Of a stretch of 64,000 nt of DNA, positions 1-9,065 are shown in pieces. The stretch covers positions 64,001 through 128,000 of the forward strand of contig CAWCKW010000003.1 in the NCBI GenBank assembly GCA_963796285.1, read 5' to 3'. The notes under the pieces are model-generated. The model had not been told where the DNA came from. It was given only the letters and a program-made list of their open reading frames with translations, and did no database searches. Source of the stretch: Nitrospirota bacterium (GTDB lineage Bacteria; Nitrospirota; UBA9217). A program made the translations under genes and the position numbers. Numbering within the stretch: the stretch's first letter is position 1; the number at the start of each line of letters is the position of its first letter.

Positions 1-618
1 GTCGCGATATTCCGGCAGGACGATGGTATAGATCGACTTGCCATGGACCTGTTCAAGGGAGTCCACCTGCATCATGGTCAGACCCGCCGGGTTCATCGTG
101 ATCAACGCACCGTCAGCGGAGACAAGCTTTACGCATTCCGGCTCAGTATCGATGACCGTCTGGAGATACGTTTTACTCTCGCTAAGCTCACGCTCCAGCT
201 GCTTACGCTCCGTGATATCATGTACCAGGGAAAGGACACCGCTCGTCTTCCCTGATGCATCACGAAGCGGCGTGTTGTACCATTCACAGATGAGCTTGCT
301 GCCGTCCCTGCGGGTGTTTTCATTCACCGATTTAGTCGGTTCATCACCGTGCGTGAGCCTGGCCCATATCTCGCTGACCTGCGGTTGGGCGCTTGTCGGC
401 ACGATCAGTTCATACGCATGTTTTCCTCTGGCCTCGCCGGCCGACCACCCGAAGATGCGCTCCGCGGCAGCGTTCCACTCCACCACGTGAAATGAACGGT
501 CCCAAACGATGTACCCCATAGGCATTCGGTCGAAAATAACACTGGGCGCCTGGAGTGCAGCGCGGGCCTGCTCGGATAGTTCTGCCAGGTTGTCGGTTGG
601 TTTTTTGTCCGGTGTCAT
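1..618 (-). CDS. PAS-domain sensory protein, N-terminal part (runs off the window edge)
   Basis: Manual translation from ATG 618: MTPDKKP...IFDRMPMGYIVWDRSFHVVEWNAAAERIFGWS...RRDGSKLICEWYNTPLRDASGKTSGVLSLVHDITERKQLE. This is a PAS/PAC module followed by a second PAS. Absent from the ORF track because there is no stop in the window. Confidence 0.85.
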   Translation of the reverse strand, partial: MTPDKKPTDNLAELSEQARAALQAPSVIFDRMPMGYIVWDRSFHVVEWNAAAERIFGWSAGEARGKHAYELIVPTSAQPQVSEIWARLTHGDEPTKSVNENTRRDGSKLICEWYNTPLRDASGKTSGVLSLVHDITERKQLERELSESKTYLQTVIDTEPECVKLVSADGALITMNPAGLTMMQVDSLEQVHGKSIYTIVLPEYRD

Positions 619-813
619 CAGACGTTCTCTCTGTCGTATGCTGCGGGGAGAGGCTCCTCTCTCTCAGCCGCTCCGGGAATTACTCGTTATTACTCCCGTG
701 AGATATCACACGTCTTTTTGTGATGCGCATTCGTAAACGCGAATGTGTCAAGTATATCAAAACGCACGCGTTCCTGCCTGATAAATGACGCGCACCATTT
801 GATTCGCTACTGA

Positions 814-1155
814 CTAAACAATTCCTGACAGACTCTGCAGCAGGGCCCTGGCAGATTTTACAAAACAGACGCCTTCGGGAAGTTTGCAGTTCCCTGCCTT
901 TTTTTGCCCAACGGCATTGTCGGGCAGCACGATGCCGGCAAGCGCGGTTTTTGCATCAGCAAAAATCCGCTGAAGCTCGGCGGGCAAACCCTGGATTTCA
1001 GCGCCCTCTGATCGCTCGAAATCCGTCAGACTCTGGCGTGACGCTGCGGTCGTGTTTACGAGTGCTTTGCACGTACGGCAAAAAGGGTCTCTCATCTGGT
1101 TCATCAGTACGCCGGAAAGGTAATGATATCCCCGGACGTTATTCACAAGCACCAT
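814..1155 (-). CDS. Hypothetical protein with four Cys (CRTC ... CKLPEGVC)
   Basis: ORF 814..1161. An AGGAGG RBS favours the ATG at 1155. No family recognised. Confidence 0.65.
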   Translation of the reverse strand: MVLVNNVRGYHYLSGVLMNQMRDPFCRTCKALVNTTAASRQSLTDFERSEGAEIQGLPAELQRIFADAKTALAGIVLPDNAVGQKKAGNCKLPEGVCFVKSARALLQSLSGIV

Positions 1156-1186
1156 GATCATCCCTCCTCTGCTTCAGTAGATTGAG

Positions 1187-1235
1187 AAAAAAAGATGCGG
1201 AAAAACGAAGCTGAACAGCTTCGCCCTTCCGCATC
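1187..1235 (-). terminator. Rho-independent terminator after the Re-citrate synthase gene
   Basis: GATGCGGAA..CGAAGCTG / CAGCTTCG..TTCCGCATC inverted repeat, with an A-run on the + strand (U-tract on -). Confidence 0.7.
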
Positions 1236-1258
1236 CCTTGCTTGTTGCCGGTCAGTAC

Positions 1259-3046
1259 TTATTCCGCCCGTACCAGGTCCTCGAACCTGATGTCCACGCC
1301 GAAGACACCGACGATATTGCCCTCGTCATCTGAGATGGGCGCCGACACCGTGATGCAGAGCGCGCCGGTGATCTTCGAGGTATAGAAGTCGGATACGAAG
1401 CTCTTGCCGTCCTTCATCGGATTGATGAACCACGGCCGGTCCGAGAAATTGTCGCCGAGGCCCGAGTGCTCGAACTGGGCCTTGTACTGGATCTGGGTGA
1501 TGTTCCTCGTGATCTTCCTTCCTTCCGCATTGACCACGTACGCGAACTGGATAAAGGCGTTTTCGTCCAGAAGCTTCTGCATGACCGCCTCCTGCATCGT
1601 GTGGTCCGTGGTGCGCATTTCTTTCCGCTCCACCATCTCCTCGACGAGATGGAGTGCGATCTCCTGCGCCTTCTTCTTGAGCTTGTCGAGGTCAGACACA
1701 AAGTACTCGGGGAGGTACTTCTTCACCCGCTCCAGAAGTTCGTCGTGGGAGATGCTCGTGGTCCTTCCCTGTTCGTACTGTTCCATCACCCACTTGTTCA
1801 TCTTGGCGAGACCGGGGTGGCGCTTGTCGATCTTCTTGTCCGCGTCCAGCCCGAGGTGGCTGTTCACCCATTGGGCGATGCCGGCAATGCCCGATTTATC
1901 GGTGATGATCACGCCCATGGGCCGCTTCAGGATCTTCGAGGTGTCGAAGATATTGTAGATCTCCTCGTTCTTCATCATGCCGTCGGCATGGATGCCGGCG
2001 CTCGTGGAGTTGAACTCAGAACCCACAAAGGGATAGTTGGCCGGGATCGGAAAGTTCATTTCCCTTCTGAAGTACTCGGCCATGTCCGTGATGGCCGCGG
2101 TGTCGATGCCGGAATCATTCCCCGTGAGGCTGATATAATCGATGAGCATGGCCTCAATGGGCGTATTGCCCGTACGCTCGCCGAATCCGAGCAACGCGCC
2201 GTTCACGGCCGAGCAACCATACATCCAGGCGGCCACGCCGTTGACGAGCACCTTGTGGAAATCGTTATGGCCATGCCATTCGAGCTGCTCCGACGGCACG
2301 CCGCCGTCGTGGATCAGGGAGTAAAAGATCTCGGGCACGCCGCGCGGCAGGGCCGTGCCGGGGAAGGGGAAACCGTAGCCCATGGTGTCGCAGGCCCGGA
2401 CCTTGACCGGGATCTTGGCCGCTTCCGAGAGCTTCATGAGTTCCTGCACAAAAGGGATGACGAACCCGTTGAAATCCGCCCGCGTGATGTCTTCGAGGTG
2501 GCAGCGGGGAATGATGCCCTGCTCCAGCGCTGTTGCAACGATATCGAGGTACTGCCGGAGCGCTTCCTTGCGGGACAGGTTGAGCTTCAGGAAGATGTGA
2601 TAGTCGGAGCACGACGTGAGAATGCCCGTCTCCTTAAGCCCCATCTCCTTCACGAGCTTGAAATCTTTTTTGTTCGCCCTGATCCAGCCGGTGATCTCCG
2701 GGAAGCGGTAGCCGCGTTCCATGCAGAGCCGGACCGCTTCACGGTCCTTTTCGGAGTAGAGGAAGAACTCGGTCTGGCGGATCACGCCGCCCGGCCCGCT
2801 CATCCGGTGCATGAAGTCGAAGATGTCCGCGATCTGCCTGGGCGTATAGGGCGGCCGGGACTGCTGGCCGTCGCGGAAGGTCGTGTCGGTGATCCAGATG
2901 TCCTTAGGAATATTGGTCTGGATCATCCGGTCCTCGAGCATCACCCGGGGCACGCTCGAATACGGGAACATGTCCCGGAACAGTACCGGCTCTTTCACGT
3001 CCTTGAGTTCAAAGGGTGTTTTTACTGTCTGTTTTTTAATGGTCAA
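1259..3046 (-). CDS. Re-citrate synthase (DRE-TIM metallolyase, LeuA/HCS superfamily) with C-terminal Cache/PDC domain
   Basis: ITDTTFRDGQQ, HGHNDF, GFGERTGN and AGIHADG motifs. The C-terminal DNFSDRPWF...SDFYTSKITGALCITVSAPI...GVFGVDI is Cache-like. Confidence 0.8.
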   Translation of the reverse strand: MTIKKQTVKTPFELKDVKEPVLFRDMFPYSSVPRVMLEDRMIQTNIPKDIWITDTTFRDGQQSRPPYTPRQIADIFDFMHRMSGPGGVIRQTEFFLYSEKDREAVRLCMERGYRFPEITGWIRANKKDFKLVKEMGLKETGILTSCSDYHIFLKLNLSRKEALRQYLDIVATALEQGIIPRCHLEDITRADFNGFVIPFVQELMKLSEAAKIPVKVRACDTMGYGFPFPGTALPRGVPEIFYSLIHDGGVPSEQLEWHGHNDFHKVLVNGVAAWMYGCSAVNGALLGFGERTGNTPIEAMLIDYISLTGNDSGIDTAAITDMAEYFRREMNFPIPANYPFVGSEFNSTSAGIHADGMMKNEEIYNIFDTSKILKRPMGVIITDKSGIAGIAQWVNSHLGLDADKKIDKRHPGLAKMNKWVMEQYEQGRTTSISHDELLERVKKYLPEYFVSDLDKLKKKAQEIALHLVEEMVERKEMRTTDHTMQEAVMQKLLDENAFIQFAYVVNAEGRKITRNITQIQYKAQFEHSGLGDNFSDRPWFINPMKDGKSFVSDFYTSKITGALCITVSAPISDDEGNIVGVFGVDIRFEDLVRAE

Positions 3047-3065
3047 CGTAACCTCCGGTGTACAA

Positions 3066-3148
3066 ATAAATTGGAAATTGCAAATTTTAAATTGATGCCC
3101 TGTTTTTTACATTTTGCAATCTCAAATTTTCAATCTTCAATTTCCAAT
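3066..3148. repeat. Inverted imperfect heptamer array (AAATTGN)n ... (NCAATTT)n
   Basis: AAATTGG AAATTGC AAATTTT AAATTGA, then TTTTGCA ATCTCAA ATTTTCA ATCTTCA ATTTCCA. Confidence 0.75.
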
Positions 3149-3154
3149 GAGTGA

Positions 3155-3814
3155 TTACGCTCCCCGTATTCCCCTGATCGCCGCGGCATAGTCCTTCTTG
3201 CCGAAGACCGCCGAGCCGGCAACCAGGATATCGGCGCCGGCGCCGGCGATCTCGGCCGCGTTCTCGGGCTTCACCCCGCCGTCCACCTCGATCTCGATCT
3301 TCAGACCCAGTTCGTCGATCCGCTTCCGGAGCCGCCGGATCTTGTCAATTGCCGAGGGGATGAACGACTGGCCGCCAAAGCCCGGGTTCACGGACATGAT
3401 GAGCACCATGTCGAGCTCCGGCAGAATATAATCGAGACTCGAAAGAGGGGTCGCGGGGTTCAAGGACGCCGCCGCCTTCACGCCCTTGTGCTCCCGGATC
3501 AACTGGATAAGCCTGTTCAGGTGAAATGCGGTCTCCACATGTACCGAAATATAATCAGCCCCTGCCTTTGCGAAATCGGCGATGTACAGCTCCGGGTTGG
3601 TGATCATCAGGTGCACGTCGAGCGGCAGCGTCGTGCTTCTCCGGGCTGCTTCCACGATCAGCGGGCCGATGGTGATGTTCGGCACAAAGTGCCCGTCCAT
3701 CACGTCGATATGGATGATATCGGCGCCGGCGGCCTCGACTGCCTTGATCTCCTCGCCCAAGCGGGAGAAATCGGCGGACAGGATGGATGGAGCTACCTTT
3801 ATTTTTTTCGTCAT
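3155..3814 (-). CDS. rpe: Ribulose-phosphate 3-epimerase
   Basis: [36 protein letters not shown]. Confidence 0.97.
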   Translation of the reverse strand: MTKKIKVAPSILSADFSRLGEEIKAVEAAGADIIHIDVMDGHFVPNITIGPLIVEAARRSTTLPLDVHLMITNPELYIADFAKAGADYISVHVETAFHLNRLIQLIREHKGVKAAASLNPATPLSSLDYILPELDMVLIMSVNPGFGGQSFIPSAIDKIRRLRKRIDELGLKIEIEVDGGVKPENAAEIAGAGADILVAGSAVFGKKDYAAAIRGIRGA

Positions 3815-3831
3815 GGTATACCTCAAAAAAT

Positions 3832-3970
3832 CAAAATTGGAAATTGAAGATTGGAAATTTTAAATTGCAAATTTGAGTAAATCGGACTTTTTACAAACCA
3901 TCAAATCTCGTACCGATCACTATGCATTTCACTTGAAAATTTCCAATTTCCAATATTCACTTTCCAATTG
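3832..3970. repeat. Inverted imperfect heptamer array
   Basis: AAATTGG AAATTGA AGATTGG AAATTTT AAATTGC ... ATTTCCA ATTTCCA ATATTCA CTTTCCA ATT. Same family as 3066-3148. Confidence 0.75.
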
Positions 3971-3979
3971 CGCGCCGCG

Positions 3980-4696
3980 CTACCTGTTCACGACAATGTC
4001 CACCGTCGCATCAGCGGCGACCGGGAACCCTGCGCCCGGCTCCTGATGGACGACGACCCGGTCCGTTCCGGTTGCATTGTCCCCTGAAGGCCTCGTGATA
4101 ACGCGGTATTGCAGTCCTATCCTGCCGATGATCTTGAGCGCCTCTTCAGCTTTTGTCCCTGTCAGCTTCGGCATGATATACTGCGGCGCTTTTTTACCCG
4201 CACTGATGAGCATGCTGATGCCCGCGCCTTTTTCAAGCGGGCTCCCGGCCTCCGGGGCCTGCGCGATCACCATGTCACGCTCCACAAGGTCCGAGTACAC
4301 TTTCGACACCGGGCCGGGAGAAAAACCCGCCTGCCGGACCATGAGGTCGGCCTTGCGAAAGTTTTCACCCACCAGTTTTAACGCCTGGGTGTCACTGGGC
4401 CCCAGGCTTACGACCACATGCACCTGTCGTCCCTTCTTTATCCCGCCCCCCGGCGCCGGCGATTGGGAGACCACCGTGTTCCTCGGCAGGGTCGGATGAG
4501 GCTCCTGCCGGTCCACCTTGAGCAGCAATCCCTGCTGCGTAACCGTCTCGATCACGTTCACGATGTCCTGTCCCATGAGGTCCGGTACACGCACTTCTTC
4601 CTGTCGGAGGAGCAACGCGACAACGGCGAATGCGCTCACAATCCCCACGCCGATGAGTACAAAGAACAAACCCAGACCTTTCAGAAAACGTCTCAT
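3980..4696 (-). CDS. Membrane-anchored PASTA-domain protein (three PASTA repeats)
   Basis: N-terminal TM helix, then VPDLMG...VVSQSP, VIAQAP and VVHQEP repeats. Confidence 0.9.
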   Translation of the reverse strand: MRRFLKGLGLFFVLIGVGIVSAFAVVALLLRQEEVRVPDLMGQDIVNVIETVTQQGLLLKVDRQEPHPTLPRNTVVSQSPAPGGGIKKGRQVHVVVSLGPSDTQALKLVGENFRKADLMVRQAGFSPGPVSKVYSDLVERDMVIAQAPEAGSPLEKGAGISMLISAGKKAPQYIMPKLTGTKAEEALKIIGRIGLQYRVITRPSGDNATGTDRVVVHQEPGAGFPVAADATVDIVVNR

Positions 4697-4783
4697 ATCA
4701 GAACCCGCATTTTACCACAGTAATTTTAAGATGCAAGAACTTCTGGCACTGGTCCCCTGCCCGTTGATCCCGGGACCCGGCCC

Positions 4784-6169
4784 CTACGTTTTTTTCATCA
4801 TCCTTACGCCAAAGAACCCGTCCATCTCCGGCGCCTGCGGAAACGTACGGAAGATGCCCCCTGCATCCACGAGCGCTGCCGCTGCCTGTGGAAGAAAGGG
4901 GCGCGGATCATCGATCCTGAAGGAGCTTCCCGGTCCTGAGAGAAACCAGGCGATCACCTCATCGTTCTCTTCAGGTTCCGTGGTACAGGTGGCGTAGACG
5001 AGCGTCCCGCCGGGTCTCAGTAGAGAGGCACAGTTCTCGAGGATCCGCCTCTGGAGCGCCGTATGATCGCCCACCGTCTTCTCTGTCTTGTTCCACCTGC
5101 CGTCGGGGTGCCTGCGGAGTACCCCGAGGCCGGAGCAGGGCGCATCGATGAGGACCCGGTCAAATACCCCTCCCTGATAGCGCGATGCATCGCCCTGGAG
5201 CGGCGTGATGATCGTGGTCCCGAGCCGCCTGCTGTTCTCGCGGATCTTCGCGATCCGGGATGCATCGAGCTCGAGCGCCACGACCGTGCCCTGGTCCTGC
5301 ATGAGCTCGGCCAGGTGCGTTGCCTTGCCGCCGGGGGCCGCGCACGCATCCAGGATCGTCTCGCCCGGCCGCGGCGTAAGCAACAGACCGATGAACTGGG
5401 CCGCCTGGTCCTGGACCACGAACCAGCCGTCCCGATAGGCCTGAAGGGCGCGCAGCCACTGCGGCGATGAAATGACGTCGAGACCGACAGGAGACATGGT
5501 TGTCTCCGAGACCTGCACCCCCTCGGCTTCCAGCGCCGCCTTAAGCGCGGCGCGCGTTGTCTTAAGGATATTGGTCCTGATCGTGAGCGGCGCGGGCCGG
5601 TTGTTCGCCTGGAGCAGGGCCTCGGCAGCTTCGGCGCCGAACCGCGAGACCCAGCGTTTCACGAGCCAGACCGGGTGTGAGTAAAACATGGACATCCGCG
5701 CGACCGGATCCCCGGAGTCCGGATACGTGATCGTGTCCCGTTTTCTGTCCAGGCCCCTGAGCAGTCCGTTCACATATCCGTGCTTGTTGCCATGCTCTTT
5801 AGCGAGTTCCACCGACGTGTTCACGGCGGCGCTCACCGGCACCCGGTCCAGGAAGAGCATCTGGTAAGCGCCGAGCCGCAGGATATTCCGGGTCCAGGCA
5901 TCGGTCGTGCCGATCGGCTTGGCGGAAAAACAATTCAGCACCCAGTCCAGGCGTGCGCGGTTCCTGAGCACTCCGTACACAAGCTCAAGCAGAAAGCCGC
6001 TGTCGCGCGCATCCATGCGTTGCCGCGCCTGTGCAAGCAGCTCATCAACGAAGATGCCCTCCTCGGTACGGCAGAGGATCGTGAGCGCTGTCTCCCGCGG
6101 TATATCCTTATCCACCCTGCGAGCGGCGGCCGCTTCATTCGGTGTGCGGCCTGTGTCATTCATAGGCAT
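4784..6169 (-). CDS. rsmB: 16S rRNA m5C967 methyltransferase RsmB/Sun
   Basis: NusB-like N-terminus (LVYGVLR, LRLGAYQ), LDACAAPGGKAT, DAPCSGLG, YATCT. Start approximate. Confidence 0.95.
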   Translation of the reverse strand: MPMNDTGRTPNEAAAARRVDKDIPRETALTILCRTEEGIFVDELLAQARQRMDARDSGFLLELVYGVLRNRARLDWVLNCFSAKPIGTTDAWTRNILRLGAYQMLFLDRVPVSAAVNTSVELAKEHGNKHGYVNGLLRGLDRKRDTITYPDSGDPVARMSMFYSHPVWLVKRWVSRFGAEAAEALLQANNRPAPLTIRTNILKTTRAALKAALEAEGVQVSETTMSPVGLDVISSPQWLRALQAYRDGWFVVQDQAAQFIGLLLTPRPGETILDACAAPGGKATHLAELMQDQGTVVALELDASRIAKIRENSRRLGTTIITPLQGDASRYQGGVFDRVLIDAPCSGLGVLRRHPDGRWNKTEKTVGDHTALQRRILENCASLLRPGGTLVYATCTTEPEENDEVIAWFLSGPGSSFRIDDPRPFLPQAAAALVDAGGIFRTFPQAPEMDGFFGVRMMKKT

Positions 6170-6473
6170 GGCGGTGTACACTCTTTCTCAGCAAGACGTG
6201 ACCTATTCTCGTGATTGCCCGAAACAAAATTGAACACTGCAGAGCACAAATTGCAAAAACCAACATGAAGGGAAAAACACCCTGGCCCGCGGTCATTCCT
6301 CAATTTTGCGATTTGCCTTGGCTGAGACCTCGCTATGATCGTCATCCCCGATCATTGGAGAGCTCCGTTCTTCAGCGCGGTTCACCCCGTTAGAGCAAGC
6401 CGGCGACTGTTTGCTATAGCCAGTCCCCTGTCTGCTCTTGGAGGGCTGAAAGCGCCATCCGTGACAGTTCGTG

Positions 6474-7253
6474 TTATATCGTTCTCTTACTGGGTTCGGG
6501 GTTGCCGCTTACGAAGAATTCGAGCGCTTCAGCGACCTTGCTGATATCGACGCTGGTGTTGAAGCAGGGACCGAAGGGACGGTCGTTCAGGATACCGATC
6601 ACGGGCAGAGGGTAGGCGTCCTGGATGCCGCTCGTCAGGTCCCGCTCGCAGGCAACGGCAATGATGGCTTCCGGCTTTGATTCCGCCACCCTGCGCCGCG
6701 CAAGTGTTCCACCCGTGGCCACGGAGAGGTGGACGTTGTATTTCCGGGCCAGCTCCACCAGGTCCTTGATCTTGCACTTGCCGCAGGCCTGGCATTTGGA
6801 CGCGTCGCTCGTGACCTTGATGGCGCAGTCGCTGAACTGAAGGCAGTGCGGCATCAGGAGCAGGAGGCGCTTGGGCCTGCTCTGTACGTAGCGGGCGCGG
6901 ACGAGCAGATTGTTCACTTCCACGAAGGACTGCTGCACCTTCTCTTTGGAAATGCCGAGGAGCTTCCCCAGCACGATCATGATGGGGAAGAGCACCTCGA
7001 TCACGATCCCCCGGAGCCGTGCCGCGAAGAAGATCTCTTTCCCCCGGACCAGCGTGAAGATCAATAGTCCCACGCCGAGGATCAGAAATCCGAGCGCCCC
7101 GCTCATGGTGAAACACACGACCTCCGGAGCAAGGGGATGGATGTTTCTGAGCCCGACGTAGGGGATCAGATAAAGCCCCACGGTTATCGCGGTAATGAGC
7201 AGGACCGTGAAGACAATGAGGCCGATGAATATTCTTTTTTTAGGTTCGGACAT
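6474..7253 (-). CDS. DUF116-family membrane protein
   Basis: LLLMPHCLQ...CQACGKC...ATGGTLAR...AVACERDL...GPCFNT. Typical position between fmt and rsmB. Confidence 0.88.
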   Translation of the reverse strand: MSEPKKRIFIGLIVFTVLLITAITVGLYLIPYVGLRNIHPLAPEVVCFTMSGALGFLILGVGLLIFTLVRGKEIFFAARLRGIVIEVLFPIMIVLGKLLGISKEKVQQSFVEVNNLLVRARYVQSRPKRLLLLMPHCLQFSDCAIKVTSDASKCQACGKCKIKDLVELARKYNVHLSVATGGTLARRRVAESKPEAIIAVACERDLTSGIQDAYPLPVIGILNDRPFGPCFNTSVDISKVAEALEFFVSGNPEPSKRTI

Positions 7254-7258
7254 GATCT

Positions 7259-7370
7259 TTAAAGATCCTAAATTCCAAAAACAAATCGCCAAATGCAAAA
7301 TAAATTCCATAATCCAATATCCGAACTGATTGGTTATTGTATGTTCGGTCATTGGTGCTTATTTGCATTT
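7259..7370. repeat. Inverted heptamer-type AT-rich element (CAAAT.. / ..ATTTG)
   Basis: AAATTCC AAAAAC AAATCGC CAAATGC AAAATAAATTCC ... TTGGTTATTG..TTCGGTCATTGGTGCTTATTTG. Resembles 8319-8440. Confidence 0.6.
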
Positions 7371-8317
7371 AGTGCCTTGAGGTTTGAATTAACGCGTCAA
7401 ATTTTTTCCGTTCAACTCCCCGGTGTCCCCGCATGAACTCGCCCGCGGTCATGGGCTTCCTGCCCTCGGGCTGGATGCTCAGGATGCGCAGCAGCCCGCT
7501 GCCGGTGCCCGCCTCCAGGGTGTTGTTGTTCCTTTCGTACAGCCTTCCCGGTTCACCGGATCCCTCGAGTATGGCTGGTCGCGACGATCTTGACCAGTTT
7601 TTTGTCCAGATAACAGTATGCGCCGGGCCAGGGAGAAAGTCCCCTGACGCGGTTATGGAGATCCAGCGCGGAAAGGTCCCAGTCAATGAGGCCGTCTCCC
7701 TTTTTTAGAAGAGGCGCCATGGTGGCTTTTGTTCCGTCCTGCGCGACCGGAACAAGTTTTCCTGACGCGAGCAGCGGCAATGCCGATGTTATAAGCTTCG
7801 CTCCGAGCAATGCAAGCTTTTCCGTCAGCGCGCCGGCCGTGTCTTCCGGGCCGACGGGGATGCTCTCCTGCATCAGGATCGCGCCCGTGTCCATACCCTC
7901 GTCCATCAGCATGATGGTGATGCCGGTCTCGTGCTCGCCGCGGATGATCGCCCAGTTGATGGGTGCAGCCCCCCGGTATGCGGGCAGAAGCGAAGCATGG
8001 ATGTTGATGCACCCGAATTTCGGGAGCGTCAGGATCTCTTGTGGAAGGATCTGTCCGTATGCCGCTACAATGATCGCCTCGGGACCCATCTTCCGGAGGT
8101 TCTCGATGAATTCCGGGTCCCTTACGCGCTTGGGCTGCACTACCGCGATCCCCAGCTCCTGTGCCGCAAGCTTGACCGGCGGCGCAGCAAGGGCTCGGCC
8201 GCGGCCTGCCGGCTTATCGGTCCGCGTGACCGCACCGGCAACATCGTGTCCGGCCGCGACCAGGGCGCGGAGCGGTTCAACTGCGAACTGCGGTGTGCCC
8301 ATGTAGACGAGTCTCAT
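7369..8317 (-). CDS. fmt: Methionyl-tRNA formyltransferase, with a frameshift near 7570 (probable sequencing error)
   Basis: MRLVYMGTPQFA, INIHASLLPAYRGAAPI, MDEGMDTG. The C-terminus (GTGSGLLRILSIQPEGRKPMTAGEF) is in ORF 7369..7686. Confidence 0.93.
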
Positions 8318-8318
8318 A

Positions 8319-8440
8319 ACAAACTCCAAATCCCAAGCATCAAATGACAAATAATAACCAAGCACCAAATTCCAAACATTTGATCATTGTATTTTGGTTA
8401 TTGGTATTTATTTGGAACTTGGGATTTGTAATTTGGGGCT
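8319..8440. repeat. Inverted heptamer-type element between def and fmt
   Basis: ACAAACTCCAAATCCCAAGCATCAAATGACAAATAATAACCAAGCACCAAATTCCAAAC pairs imperfectly with TTTGATCATTGTATTTTGGTTATTGGTATTTATTTGGAACTTGGGATTTGTAATTTG. Confidence 0.8.
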
Positions 8441-8450
8441 TTCTGAAGAA

Positions 8451-8969
8451 CTACGTCTTCTCCGCCAACGCCTTCTTGAACCGTCGCTTGAAGAGACTCT
8501 TTTTGAGCGGGCTTAATTTGTCCACGAACAACAGGCCGTTCAGATGGTCGATCTCGTGCTGGAGGGCCTTGGCCATGAGACCTTCGGTCTCGAGCTCGAA
8601 CTGCTTGCCCGTCCTGTCCTGCGCACGGACCTTGATCCATGCGGCACGCTTGACCTTTTCCGAATAATCCGGGATGCTGAGGCAGCCCTCTTCTTCAATG
8701 ACCGATCCCTCCATAGCGAGGATCTCGGGATTGATGATGACCAGGAGCGGGTGGCGCTGTTCCTCGTCTTCCCGTGTGCTCAGGTCGATCACCGCCAGCT
8801 GGAGCGGCACCCCCACCTGGTTGGCCGCAAGACCGACGCCGGGGGCCGCGTGCATGGTTTCCACCATGTCCTTGATCAGAAGGTCGAGGGAGCTGTCGAT
8901 TCGTTCGACGCGGGTGGTTTTTTTCCGGAGCACGGGGTCCGGATAGATACGAATTTCTCTGAGTGCCAT
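8451..8969 (-). CDS. def: Peptide deformylase
   Basis: GVGLAANQVG, EGCLS, QHEIDHLNG. Confidence 0.98.
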   Translation of the reverse strand: MALREIRIYPDPVLRKKTTRVERIDSSLDLLIKDMVETMHAAPGVGLAANQVGVPLQLAVIDLSTREDEEQRHPLLVIINPEILAMEGSVIEEEGCLSIPDYSEKVKRAAWIKVRAQDRTGKQFELETEGLMAKALQHEIDHLNGLLFVDKLSPLKKSLFKRRFKKALAEKT

Positions 8970-9029
8970 GGTTATTCATATGTAACATGATTTATTTCTA
9001 AAATCAAGGCATAAGATCAAGACGAGGTG

Positions 9030-9059
9030 TTGACACCCTGCCAAGCTTTGTGGTATTTT
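9030..9059 (+). promoter_or_regulatory. Sigma-70-type promoter giving a leaderless transcript for the TPR gene
   Basis: TTGACA-18 nt-(TG)TATTTT, 6 nt before ATG 9066, no SD. Confidence 0.55.
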
Positions 9060-9065
9060 TAGCCC

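Noticed and set aside
1466-3154. Long antisense ORFs (for example 1466..3154 +, 13372..14595 -, 17521..18600 -, 52410..53426 +)
   Set aside because: They are shadows of GC3-rich real genes on the opposite strand and have no motifs or RBS.
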